Source of the DNA: an uncultured Flavobacteriales bacterium
GTDB taxonomy: Bacteria > Bacteroidota > Bacteroidia > Flavobacteriales > UBA7312
Direction of reading: 5' to 3'
Assembly: GCA_963991165.1 (NCBI GenBank)
Contig: CAXDOW010000002.1
Coordinates: forward strand, 1 to 51,578
Length of the DNA: 51,578 bases
The notes beneath the pieces were generated by a model. That model saw only the letters and a program-made list of their open reading frames with translations, ran no database searches and was not told the DNA's origin. This document shows positions 27,075 through 35,673 of this stretch, piece by piece; the first letter of the stretch is position 1; every line of letters begins with the position of its first letter. A program made the position numbers and the translations under genes.

Positions 27075-27731
27075 ATGTCACTAGATAAAATCGGAATAGC
27101 AAAACGAATAGCAAAAGAACTAAAAGATGGCTTTTATGTCAATTTAGGTATTGGTATTCCAACCCTAGTTGCTAATTATGTTCCATCTGCGATTAACGTG
27201 GAATTTCAATCTGAAAATGGCGTATTGGGGATGGGGCCTTTTCCATTCGAAGGAGAAGAAGATGCAGACCTAATCAATGCAGGCAAACAAACCATTACCA
27301 CTTTAAAAGGTGCCGTATTTTTTGACTCCGCAACCAGCTTTGCCATGATAAGAGGCAAACATGTTCAACTCACGGTTTTAGGTGCAATGGAAGTATCTCA
27401 AAATGGAGATATCGCTAATTGGAAAATTCCTGGTAATATGGTCAAAGGAATGGGAGGCGCCATGGACTTAGTAGCTTCTGCTGATAACATTATTGTTGCT
27501 ATGATGCATACGAATAAAGCGGGAAAAAGCAAATTGTTGAAAAGGTGTAGACTTCCTTTAACGGGAGTGAGATGTGTTAAAAAAATTGTGACAAATCTAG
27601 CTGTTCTTGATATTGTTGAAGGTGGGTTTAAACTCATAGAACGAGCTCCTGGTGTTAGTATACAAGACATCCACGATGCTACGGAAGGTCATTTAATCGT
27701 TGACCATGATGTACCTGAAATGATACTCTAG
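27075..27731 (+). CDS. scoB: 3-oxoacid CoA-transferase subunit B
   Basis: The SENG active-site region (EFQSENGVLGMG) and MVKGMGGAMDLV are present. Confidence 0.9.
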   Translation: MSLDKIGIAKRIAKELKDGFYVNLGIGIPTLVANYVPSAINVEFQSENGVLGMGPFPFEGEEDADLINAGKQTITTLKGAVFFDSATSFAMIRGKHVQLTVLGAMEVSQNGDIANWKIPGNMVKGMGGAMDLVASADNIIVAMMHTNKAGKSKLLKRCRLPLTGVRCVKKIVTNLAVLDIVEGGFKLIERAPGVSIQDIHDATEGHLIVDHDVPEMIL

Positions 27732-27763
27732 CTTTTTTAAAAAAATTAAATAGATATAAAAAT

Positions 27764-27793
27764 GATATGCCGAGGCGTTAACCCCGGCATATC
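27764..27793. terminator. Stem-loop (12-bp stem, one mismatch) in the convergent intergenic region
   Basis: The sequence is GATATGCCGAGG-cgttaa-CCCCGGCATATC. The T-rich tract is on the minus-strand side (CATTTTTATATCTATTTAATTTTTTT), so it may terminate a minus-strand transcript or act bidirectionally for scoB. Confidence 0.45.
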
Positions 27794-27939
27794 TTAACCT
27801 TAACAAGTTCATTTATGAAACGTAAGCGGCTTTAAGTCGATGTAAAAGTATAACGTAAAAAAAGTTATATAAAGTATTAACTGACGAAATGTGATTTTAT
27901 TGGATGAGGGGGTTAAAACTAATGATGAACCGTTAAAAA

Positions 27940-28176
27940 CTAAAAACAATGAGAAAGCATGAGCAAATAAAAAACCGTATCATGGTATAAAAACGACCCT
28001 GATATGGAGAGTAGTGGGCTTGCATGCTCTTTTCGTTTAGCACTCACTTTACGCCCACAATCTTCTATAAAATCAATGTTGGTAAATGTATAAGTATATT
28101 CAAAATGTCTGTCCACAAGAATTTTTGAATTATAATTTTCAAAAAAAGGTTGATTTATTATACACATCAGTGACAC
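27940..28176 (-). CDS. Orphan hypothetical ORF (78 aa, GTG start; alternative ATG at 28167)
   Basis: It is the only ORF in a 763-bp gap and is bracketed by two hairpins. I found no recognisable motif and no exact promoter box. Confidence 0.2.
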   Translation of the reverse strand: MSLMCIINQPFFENYNSKILVDRHFEYTYTFTNIDFIEDCGRKVSAKRKEHASPLLSISGSFLYHDTVFYLLMLSHCF

Positions 28177-28299
28177 AAAGAGTGCCGTTTAAAATGATCT
28201 TTTTTGATAATCCTTTACCGCCTCTATAGCTGTATATATTCTCTAAGAAATATCACAACAACTTTCAGGATTTATAATTCGAAAATAAAGAACACTTAT

Positions 28300-28339
28300 T
28301 AAAACAAGAAATCGAAGGGGGAGCCCACCCCCTTCGATT
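28300..28339 (-). terminator. Rho-independent terminator for the minus-strand ABC ATPase gene
   Basis: A perfect 12-bp stem AATCGAAGGGGG-agccca-CCCCCTTCGATT is followed on the minus strand by TTCTTGTTTT. Confidence 0.65.
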
Positions 28340-28494
28340 CCCACTACTTTAAATTTAAATCATGAAAATAATTTATCAACACGACTAAGTTATATGTAAT
28401 CAATTTAAAAGGCAACGAACAAATTGATGAAACATTAAATTTACTGATGAATAAGCAAAAACATTAGACAAATGAGATGTTGACAATAAAACAA

Positions 28495-30273
28495 CTACGA
28501 GTTCAATTCTCTTTTGATATGTTCTTTTCTTCCTTCGGGAATTGCAGCGATTAATCGCTGGGTATAAGGTGTTTTAGCTTCAGAGTAAATTTGATCCGCA
28601 TCGCCCATCTCCTCAATTTTTCCATTTTGCATAACAACCATGCGATCACTCATATACTTCACAACGGATAAATCGTGAGAAATAAAAATATAAGTCAGTC
28701 CAAACTCTTTCTTTAAATCATTTAAAAGATTAAGCACTTGAGCTTGAACCGATACGTCTAAAGCTGATACCGATTCATCACAAATGATGAATTTTGGGTT
28801 TACGGCTAACGCCCTTGCAATACCAATACGTTGTCTTTGCCCTCCTGAAAACTCATGAGGATAACGATTGAAGTGTTCGGCTCCTAAGCTCACTTTTTCG
28901 AGTAATTCTTCAACTCTATTTTTTCGTTCGCTATTGGTTTCAAGAATGCCGTGGACTTTCATGGGTTCTAAAATGGCGTTTCCGATAGTCATTCTTGGGT
29001 TTAAAGAGGAATATGGGTCTTGAAAGATGATTTGAACTTCTTTTCGAAACTCCCTTAGTTCTTTCTCATCAAAACTAGCGATATCTCTTCCTTTATAAAT
29101 CATCTGCCCATCTGTGGGCTCGTTTAACCTTAAAATGGTTCGTCCAGTGGTGGTCTTGCCACATCCTGATTCTCCAACCAATCCTAGTGTTTCTCCTGGA
29201 TATACATCAAAACTGATGTCATCTACGGCTTTTACATAGTCTGTTATTCCACCAAAAAATCCATTTCTGATGGGGAAATACGTTTTAAGGTGCTTAATTT
29301 CTAACAGTGGATTTTGATTGAAAAGTTTCTTTTGTGCTGTTTCACGTTCCGTTTTGCTAATTACTAAATCTTTTGTAAACTCTTCCACCGTTATATCGTT
29401 AGCAATAATTTTTCCATGTTCATCCGTTTTCATAAAGTCGCTTACTGTGGGGAGGAATTTATAACGTGTATCTAAGGGTGGGCGACAAGCCAACAATCCT
29501 TTGGTATATGGGTGTTGAGGGTTGTTGAAAATATCCCATACACTACCTTGTTCGACAATGTTTCCTTTGTACATTACAACTACTTTGTCGGCTAGTTCTG
29601 CAATAACACCCAAATCGTGCGTGATAAACAAAATTCCCATATCATGCTCTTTTTGGAGTTTTTGCATGAGTTCTAAAATGGTTTTTTGTACCGTCACATC
29701 TAAGGCTGTTGTGGGCTCATCAGCGACTAAAACAGACGGCTTACATGACATAGCCATGGCTATCATGACTCGTTGTTTTTGCCCCCCAGAAATTTGATGA
29801 GGATAGGTATTAAAAATTCGATGAGGATCAGGCAACTGAACTTCTTCAAACAATTTTATAGTGAGGTCTTTCGCTTCCGATTTACTAATGTTTTGGTGTA
29901 GCATAATGGCCTCCATCACTTGGTCACCACATGTGAAAACAGGATTTAAAGACGTCATGGGTTCTTGAAAAATCATAGCTATTTCGTTCCCTCTATAAGC
30001 CCTCATTTCCTTTTCAGACAATTGTAACAAATCTACTTGTTGGCCATCTTTATGAAAGATAATTTCTCCATTAGTAATTTTTCCTGGAGGACTGGGGATT
30101 AGACGCATAGCGGATAAGGACGTGACCGATTTTCCTGAACCTGACTCACCAACAATACCTATGGTTTCTCCTTTGTTAAGAGTAAAACTGATATTGTTAA
30201 CGGCTTTGACAACGTTACCTTCTGTATGAAATTCCGTGACTAAATGCTTAAATTCTAAAAGAGTAGTGCTCAT
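28495..30273 (-). CDS. Tandem-NBD ABC ATPase (fused DppD/DppF- or YejF/GsiA-like), orphan
   Basis: Two complete cassettes are present: [27 protein letters not shown] and [28 protein letters not shown]. No permease or binding-protein gene is nearby. Confidence 0.9.
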   Translation of the reverse strand: MSTTLLEFKHLVTEFHTEGNVVKAVNNISFTLNKGETIGIVGESGSGKSVTSLSAMRLIPSPPGKITNGEIIFHKDGQQVDLLQLSEKEMRAYRGNEIAMIFQEPMTSLNPVFTCGDQVMEAIMLHQNISKSEAKDLTIKLFEEVQLPDPHRIFNTYPHQISGGQKQRVMIAMAMSCKPSVLVADEPTTALDVTVQKTILELMQKLQKEHDMGILFITHDLGVIAELADKVVVMYKGNIVEQGSVWDIFNNPQHPYTKGLLACRPPLDTRYKFLPTVSDFMKTDEHGKIIANDITVEEFTKDLVISKTERETAQKKLFNQNPLLEIKHLKTYFPIRNGFFGGITDYVKAVDDISFDVYPGETLGLVGESGCGKTTTGRTILRLNEPTDGQMIYKGRDIASFDEKELREFRKEVQIIFQDPYSSLNPRMTIGNAILEPMKVHGILETNSERKNRVEELLEKVSLGAEHFNRYPHEFSGGQRQRIGIARALAVNPKFIICDESVSALDVSVQAQVLNLLNDLKKEFGLTYIFISHDLSVVKYMSDRMVVMQNGKIEEMGDADQIYSEAKTPYTQRLIAAIPEGRKEHIKRELNS

Positions 30274-30315
30274 AATTTATAAAATGATGGGTTCAATTTA
30301 GGCGTTAATGTTTAA

Positions 30316-31032
30316 TTATGCAACTTCTATTTGATCATGTTCCAAAATGGGCTTATTTTGATAACGTAAAAAGAGTTGCGCCACTGTTAATGTGTCTTTC
30401 TGACAATAGTCTTTTATCCGTTCCAAGTCTTTTTCTTGCCAATATACTCTAGCAACCTGGCTTCCATCAATGTCGTCTTTGGGTGTGGGAATGGAAAAAA
30501 GAGCAGCAAGTAACTTAATGGAGGTAAAGTGTTTATAATCGCCAAACTTCCACATTTCCATGGTATCCAAATGACGTACTTCCCAAGGTTTTTTGCCAGA
30601 AATATCCAATGGTTTTGGTAGCGTTAAGCCATTGATCAACATTCTTCTACACAAAAAAGGATAATCAAACTCTTTACCATTGTGGGCACACAAATAGTGT
30701 TTAGAGGTTGCAAATTTTTCATCCAATAACTGCTTAAACTCCTGTAAAATTAGTTTTTCGTCGTGTCCATAAAACGATTTTAATCTAAAAAAAGACCGCT
30801 CTTTTTTCTGGAATAGATACCCCACTGAGACGCATATTACTTTGGCGAATTCGGCCATTATACCAGCTTTTAAAGAATAAAACTCTTCTGGACTTTGCTC
30901 TTTTCGTTGCCAATGCGTCTTTTCGACCCATAATTGTTGGAAGTCATTGGATAGATCATGAAAGTTCGGAGAAACAGGAACCGTTTCAATATCAAGAAAA
31001 AGAATATTTTTAATTGGAATGTTTTTTAACAT
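30316..31032 (-). CDS. 3'-5' exonuclease, PolB-exonuclease-like / RNase H-fold
   Basis: Exo motifs FLDIETV (DxE), AHNGKEFDYPFL and YCQKDTLTV (YxxxD) are present. The ATG at 31032 is preferred over the TTG at 31044. Confidence 0.75.
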   Translation of the reverse strand: MLKNIPIKNILFLDIETVPVSPNFHDLSNDFQQLWVEKTHWQRKEQSPEEFYSLKAGIMAEFAKVICVSVGYLFQKKERSFFRLKSFYGHDEKLILQEFKQLLDEKFATSKHYLCAHNGKEFDYPFLCRRMLINGLTLPKPLDISGKKPWEVRHLDTMEMWKFGDYKHFTSIKLLAALFSIPTPKDDIDGSQVARVYWQEKDLERIKDYCQKDTLTVAQLFLRYQNKPILEHDQIEVA

Positions 31033-31041
31033 AACTACAAT

Positions 31042-31049
31042 CAAAGATA
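31042..31049 (-). promoter_or_regulatory. Candidate -7 box (TATCTTTG on the minus strand) for the exonuclease gene
   Basis: The plus strand reads CAAAGATA, 10 nt upstream of the ATG at 31032. It overlaps the longer ORF's TTG start. Confidence 0.35.
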
Positions 31050-31127
31050 AGAATATAGTATGAGGTATTCCTCAAAATCGTAAAACAATGGTTTGGTTTT
31101 CCCACACTATTAGATTAACAGCTGTTG

Positions 31128-31826
31128 TTAAAACTTATGAAATGTCATTTTGAATTCTTGAGCAAGGTAGTTTTTTAAGATATCTTTGACTTCTTGCATG
31201 TCTACTTTCTGTCCCAATTCGTGCTGCATAGACGTTACCGATTTATCCTCGATTCCACAAGGAATGATATTCCCAAAATAAGACAAGTCACAGTTAACAT
31301 TAAAGGCAAATCCGTGCATGGTTACCCATCGACTGGAACGAACACCTAATGCGCAAATTTTTCTCGCTTTTTTTGTGCCCACATCCAGCCAAACTCCCGT
31401 TTCTCCATCAGATCGTAGGCCTTCTATGTCATAGTGGGCCAATGTAAGTATGACGGCTTCTTCCAAAAGGCGTAAGTATTTATGAATATCCGTAAAGAAA
31501 TTATCTAAATCTAAAATGGGATAACCCACAATTTGTCCAGGACCATGATAGGTAATATCACCCCCACGGTTTATTTTGTAAAAGGTTGCTCCTCTTGATT
31601 TTAGATAGTTTTCATCAACCAAAAGGTTGTTTTCATCTCCACTTTTTCCAAGCGTGTAAACATGAGGATGCTCGCAAAACAAGAGGTATGATAAGGTGGG
31701 GTTCTGCTTGTTTTCCTTTCTGTTATTTTTTTTAATATCAAGGATTTCATTAAAGCGTTTTTCTTGATAGTCCCAAGCTTCTTTGTAATCAATAAATCCT
31801 AAATCTTGAAAAACAACTTTTGGCAT
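31128..31826 (-). CDS. lipB: Lipoyl(octanoyl) transferase
   Basis: RGGDITYHGPGQ and ARKICALGVRSSRWVTMHGFAFNV are present. Confidence 0.95.
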   Translation of the reverse strand: MPKVVFQDLGFIDYKEAWDYQEKRFNEILDIKKNNRKENKQNPTLSYLLFCEHPHVYTLGKSGDENNLLVDENYLKSRGATFYKINRGGDITYHGPGQIVGYPILDLDNFFTDIHKYLRLLEEAVILTLAHYDIEGLRSDGETGVWLDVGTKKARKICALGVRSSRWVTMHGFAFNVNCDLSYFGNIIPCGIEDKSVTSMQHELGQKVDMQEVKDILKNYLAQEFKMTFHKF

Positions 31827-31829
31827 ACA

Positions 31830-32819
31830 TTAAACTTTGGACAGAGAGTCCTTTAAAAAGTTAATGACATCTATTTCAATAGCATCTACCTTATTAAGTT
31901 CTGATAAATGCCACGAAAGCCAGTCGCCCAAATGAATGTGATACAGGGTGTTTTCTATTTTGGATTGACCCTTACTCCAAACCTCATTAATGTTAGTTGT
32001 GTATTTCTCTAACACCTTTTTGTTGATGTCTATTCTGACCTTATTTCTCTCATGGTCACATTCATTTCTAAGAAAAATCACTCCCAACTTCTCGGTATTA
32101 ACACGCCATCCCAATAACTCATTATGATTCATTTCTGGAATAACGTGATGCCAACAGAGCATTTTACTATTTTCATTAATCTGCTGACGTAAACGAACCC
32201 CAACCCCCTCAAAACCAGAAGCAGTATAAATTACAGGAGTCGTTCCAAACAAATTTTGGGCCAGTATTTTGGCTTCACTTTGTATAGATAACTCTTCATC
32301 ATCTAAAAGAGCGATCCCTTTTTCAAAATCTAACTGAAAGGAGTCATCGATAAGTCCATAGTGATGAAGAATAAAAAACAACTGCGTAAAAGAATAACCA
32401 AACATAGCTCTTGGTGGATGTCCAGCCGGGATTTGAATGCAATTGAACCCTTTGGATTTGGACAATTCAGCCAATTTACCCCCAGAAGTAACACAAGCAA
32501 TTTGAGCATTTCTTAATCGACAGGCCTCCAAAGCATATAACGTTTCTTCCGTATTACCAGAGTACGATGAGGCAATAACTAAGGTGTTTTCATCAACGAA
32601 GTTAGGAATAGAATAATCCTTACTTGAACATAACGGTACGTTTATAAAATCAGAAACAATATCGGTAACTATCGTCCCACCAATGCCCGACCCACCTAAA
32701 CCACATATCAACACATTGCTAATCTCAGCAACGGACTCATCCAACAAGGTCGAACGTCCAATTTCCAAAGCTTCAGTCAAATGTTTTGAGAAGTCGGATA
32801 TATATATATTCATTTTCAT
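31830..32819 (-). CDS. Bifunctional phosphoglucose/phosphomannose isomerase (SIS domain)
   Basis: CGLGGSGIGG and ASSYSGNTEETL are present, with a C-terminal PGI/PMI-type domain. Confidence 0.8.
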   Translation of the reverse strand: MKMNIYISDFSKHLTEALEIGRSTLLDESVAEISNVLICGLGGSGIGGTIVTDIVSDFINVPLCSSKDYSIPNFVDENTLVIASSYSGNTEETLYALEACRLRNAQIACVTSGGKLAELSKSKGFNCIQIPAGHPPRAMFGYSFTQLFFILHHYGLIDDSFQLDFEKGIALLDDEELSIQSEAKILAQNLFGTTPVIYTASGFEGVGVRLRQQINENSKMLCWHHVIPEMNHNELLGWRVNTEKLGVIFLRNECDHERNKVRIDINKKVLEKYTTNINEVWSKGQSKIENTLYHIHLGDWLSWHLSELNKVDAIEIDVINFLKDSLSKV

Positions 32820-32890
32820 AATTAGGAAAGAAATAAAATAGGTTAAATTTTAGATGGCTAAAATACGAATTTCACCAGTCATTAATTTAA

Positions 32891-32898
32891 TATCTTTG
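32891..32898 (+). promoter_or_regulatory. Candidate -7 box (TATCTTTG) for lysS
   Basis: It lies 16 nt upstream of the ATG at 32914 and inside the longer track ORF (32854), which supports the downstream start. Confidence 0.4.
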
Positions 32899-32913
32899 CC
32901 TAAAATAAAACCT

Positions 32914-34440
32914 ATGAGTAGTTCCCTTTCAGAACAAGAAATTGTACGTAGAGACTCCTTACAAAAACTGGTAGATTTGGGTATTAACCCTTACCCCTCA
33001 GAACTCTATGAGATTAACGCATCTGCTAGTGACATTAAAAGTAATTATAGCGATGAATCAACCGCTTTCGAAAACGTTTCTATTGCAGGTCGTTTAATGA
33101 GCAGACGACTTATGGGCAAAGCGGCCTTTGCCGAGTTGCAAGATAGTAGTGGTCGAATTCAGCTCTACTTCAATCGCGATGAAATTTGCCCTGACGAAGA
33201 CAAAACCATGTACAACACGGTCTTTAAAAAGTTGTTGGACATTGGCGATTTTATTGGCGTTAAAGGCCATGTGTTTACTACAAAAGTTGGTGAAATATCC
33301 GTTCATGTCAACGAGTTTAAGGTTTTAACCAAAACACTAAGGCCCTTGCCCTTGCCTAAAGTGGACGCCGATGGTAAGGTTCACGATGCCTTTACCGACC
33401 CAGAGAAAAGATACCGCCAACGGTATGTTGATTTAGTGGTCAACCCACAGGTCAAAGAGGCATTTATCAAACGTACGAAATTGACTAACTCTATGCGTTC
33501 TTTTCTGAATGACAAGGGATACCTAGAAGTGGAAACGCCTATCCTTCAGCCCATTTATGGTGGTGCGGCCGCGCGACCCTTTAAAACGCATCACAACACC
33601 TTAGATATGCCGCTCTATTTGAGAATTGCCAATGAGCTGTATTTAAAACGCCTTATTGTAGGAGGGTTTGATGGAGTGTATGAATTTTCTAAAGACTTTA
33701 GAAACGAAGGCATGAGTCGCTTTCACAATCCTGAATTTACACAAGTAGAGCTATATGTGGCCTACAAAGACTACCACTGGATGATGGATTTGGTAGAAGA
33801 AATGGTTGAAAAAATTGCTTTAGACCTGCATGGCACAACAGAAGTACGCGTTGGCGATCACCTCATTAACTTTCAGCGTCCTTGGAAACGATATACTATG
33901 TATGAAGCCATTGAGCATTTTACAGGAATAGATGTTTCCAATATGGATGAGAAAGAAATGGCAAACACAGCCAAAAAATTAGGCGTTGAAGTCGATTCTT
34001 CTATGGGAAGAGGGAAGTTGATAGATGAAATTTTTGGTGAAAAATGCGAAAGTCAATTGATTCAACCCACTTTCATTACCGATTATCCTGTTGAAATGTC
34101 TCCATTAGCCAAAAAACATCGCGAGAAAGATGGACTAGTGGAACGCTTTGAAGCCATTTGTAATGGTAAAGAAATTTGTAATGCTTTCTCTGAACTGAAC
34201 GACCCCATTGATCAACGTGAACGCTTTGAAGAACAACTTCAACTGGCCAAAAGAGGCGATGAAGACGCCATGATGCTAGATGAAGACTTTTTACGAGCTA
34301 TTGAGTTTGGTATGCCACCTACAGCTGGCCTTGGAATTGGGATAGACCGTCTGTCAATGATAATGACCAACAGTAACTCCATTCAAGATGTGTTGTTTTT
34401 CCCACAAATGAAGCCAGAACAAAAAAAGTCGGAGGAGTAA
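32914..34440 (+). CDS. lysS: Lysine--tRNA ligase (class II)
   Basis: [22 protein letters not shown] and [14 protein letters not shown] are present. Confidence 0.95.
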   Translation: MSSSLSEQEIVRRDSLQKLVDLGINPYPSELYEINASASDIKSNYSDESTAFENVSIAGRLMSRRLMGKAAFAELQDSSGRIQLYFNRDEICPDEDKTMYNTVFKKLLDIGDFIGVKGHVFTTKVGEISVHVNEFKVLTKTLRPLPLPKVDADGKVHDAFTDPEKRYRQRYVDLVVNPQVKEAFIKRTKLTNSMRSFLNDKGYLEVETPILQPIYGGAAARPFKTHHNTLDMPLYLRIANELYLKRLIVGGFDGVYEFSKDFRNEGMSRFHNPEFTQVELYVAYKDYHWMMDLVEEMVEKIALDLHGTTEVRVGDHLINFQRPWKRYTMYEAIEHFTGIDVSNMDEKEMANTAKKLGVEVDSSMGRGKLIDEIFGEKCESQLIQPTFITDYPVEMSPLAKKHREKDGLVERFEAICNGKEICNAFSELNDPIDQRERFEEQLQLAKRGDEDAMMLDEDFLRAIEFGMPPTAGLGIGIDRLSMIMTNSNSIQDVLFFPQMKPEQKKSEE

Positions 34441-34441
34441 G

Positions 34442-35437
34442 ATGTCGTTGCCACAAACTATAGCCGTCATTGGAGGGGGTAGCTGGGCTACAGCCATCGT
34501 TAAAATGTTGTCTGAAAACAGGCCCAACATTTGGTGGTGGATGAGAAATTCCAACACCATTGAACATATTCAACAATTTGGTCATAACCCCAACTACATT
34601 AGTGCCGCCAAACTAGACTCCGAGAAACTCCATATTAGCGACAACCTCATAGAAGTGGTTGAACAAGCAGATTGCCTCATTTTGGCTGTCCCGTCGGCCT
34701 TCTTGCGCTCGGTTTTAAAACAAGTGAAAGGGCAGCTGAAAGATAAATTTATCGTCTCTGCCGTTAAAGGTATTATTGCCGAAAAAAACAGAATCATTGG
34801 CGAGTACCTTCACAATAAATACAAAGTACCTTATCATCAAATTGCTGTACTTACTGGTCCATGTCATGCCGAAGAAGTAGCCCTAGAACGCCTATCGTAT
34901 TTGACCATAGCTTGTGAAGATATTGAAAATGCCGAGTGGTTTGCCAATCAGATTCGTTGCCGCTACATCAAGGCCAATACTTCCGAAGACATTTTTGGAA
35001 CAGAGATTGCCGCTGTCTTAAAAAACGTCATTGCTATTGCTTCAGGTATTTGTCATAGCTTGGGCTATGGCGATAATTTTCAGTCTGTTCTTGCATCTAA
35101 TGCCATTAGAGAAATAAAACGTTTTTTAGATACGGTTCACCCCATTAACAGAGATATAAAAGAATCGGCCTACTTGGGCGATCTATTGGTGACCATGTAT
35201 TCGCAATTTAGTCGCAACAGAACCTTTGGAAATATGATTGGTAAGGGTTATTCCGTCAAATCAGCTCAGTTGGAAATGAAAATGATTGCGGAAGGATATT
35301 ATGCCGTTAAATGCATCAAAGAGTTAAGTCAGGAACATCACATTAACTTACCTATTACCTCAGCGGTGTACAACATTCTTTACGAAAAAATTTCCCCTGT
35401 CATAGAGATGCGATTACTGTCAGACCAGCTTAATTAG
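34442..35437 (+). CDS. gpsA: NAD(P)H-dependent glycerol-3-phosphate dehydrogenase
   Basis: IAVIGGGSWATA, VKGI, LKNVIAIA and AEGYYA motifs are present. Confidence 0.95.
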   Translation: MSLPQTIAVIGGGSWATAIVKMLSENRPNIWWWMRNSNTIEHIQQFGHNPNYISAAKLDSEKLHISDNLIEVVEQADCLILAVPSAFLRSVLKQVKGQLKDKFIVSAVKGIIAEKNRIIGEYLHNKYKVPYHQIAVLTGPCHAEEVALERLSYLTIACEDIENAEWFANQIRCRYIKANTSEDIFGTEIAAVLKNVIAIASGICHSLGYGDNFQSVLASNAIREIKRFLDTVHPINRDIKESAYLGDLLVTMYSQFSRNRTFGNMIGKGYSVKSAQLEMKMIAEGYYAVKCIKELSQEHHINLPITSAVYNILYEKISPVIEMRLLSDQLN

Positions 35438-35631
35438 TCGCAAAGGTATTCCTCACAGGCCTCAAAGCTTTCAAAGCCACACTGGCTACAGCCACTATAC
35501 CCTATTTGCTCACATTCGTTAGTATCGCCGTTATAGAACCATCTTTCAAAATATACTTGACAGACCTCATTGGATGGTAGAATATGAGTACAAGCGTCAA
35601 GAACAGGTTCGCAATTATCCGAACATACCAA
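35434..35631 (-). CDS. Small Cys-rich Kunitz/BPTI-like domain protein; true 5' end unresolved (see finding)
   Basis: The cysteine spacing C-x9-C-x15-C-x7-C-x10-C-x4-C, together with ERWFYNGDTNEC..IGYSGC..FESFEACEEYLC, mirrors the Kunitz signature (RYFYN..C..F.YGGC..N.F...E.C...C). Confidence 0.55.
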   Translation of the reverse strand: MVCSDNCEPVLDACTHILPSNEVCQVYFERWFYNGDTNECEQIGYSGCSQCGFESFEACEEYLCD

Positions 35632-35673
35632 AAAGAATATGGCAAACAGAAATAAATTGGTGTTTTCATGGTC

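Noticed and set aside
32854-32913. lysS has an extended start ([20 protein letters not shown]).
   Set aside because: A -7 box (32891-32898) lies within the extension, and the extension has no counterpart in LysRS N-termini as I know them.
34319-34797. Three minus-strand ORFs (67-88 aa) lie across the lysS/gpsA junction.
   Set aside because: They are antisense to two highly conserved housekeeping genes and are shadow ORFs.
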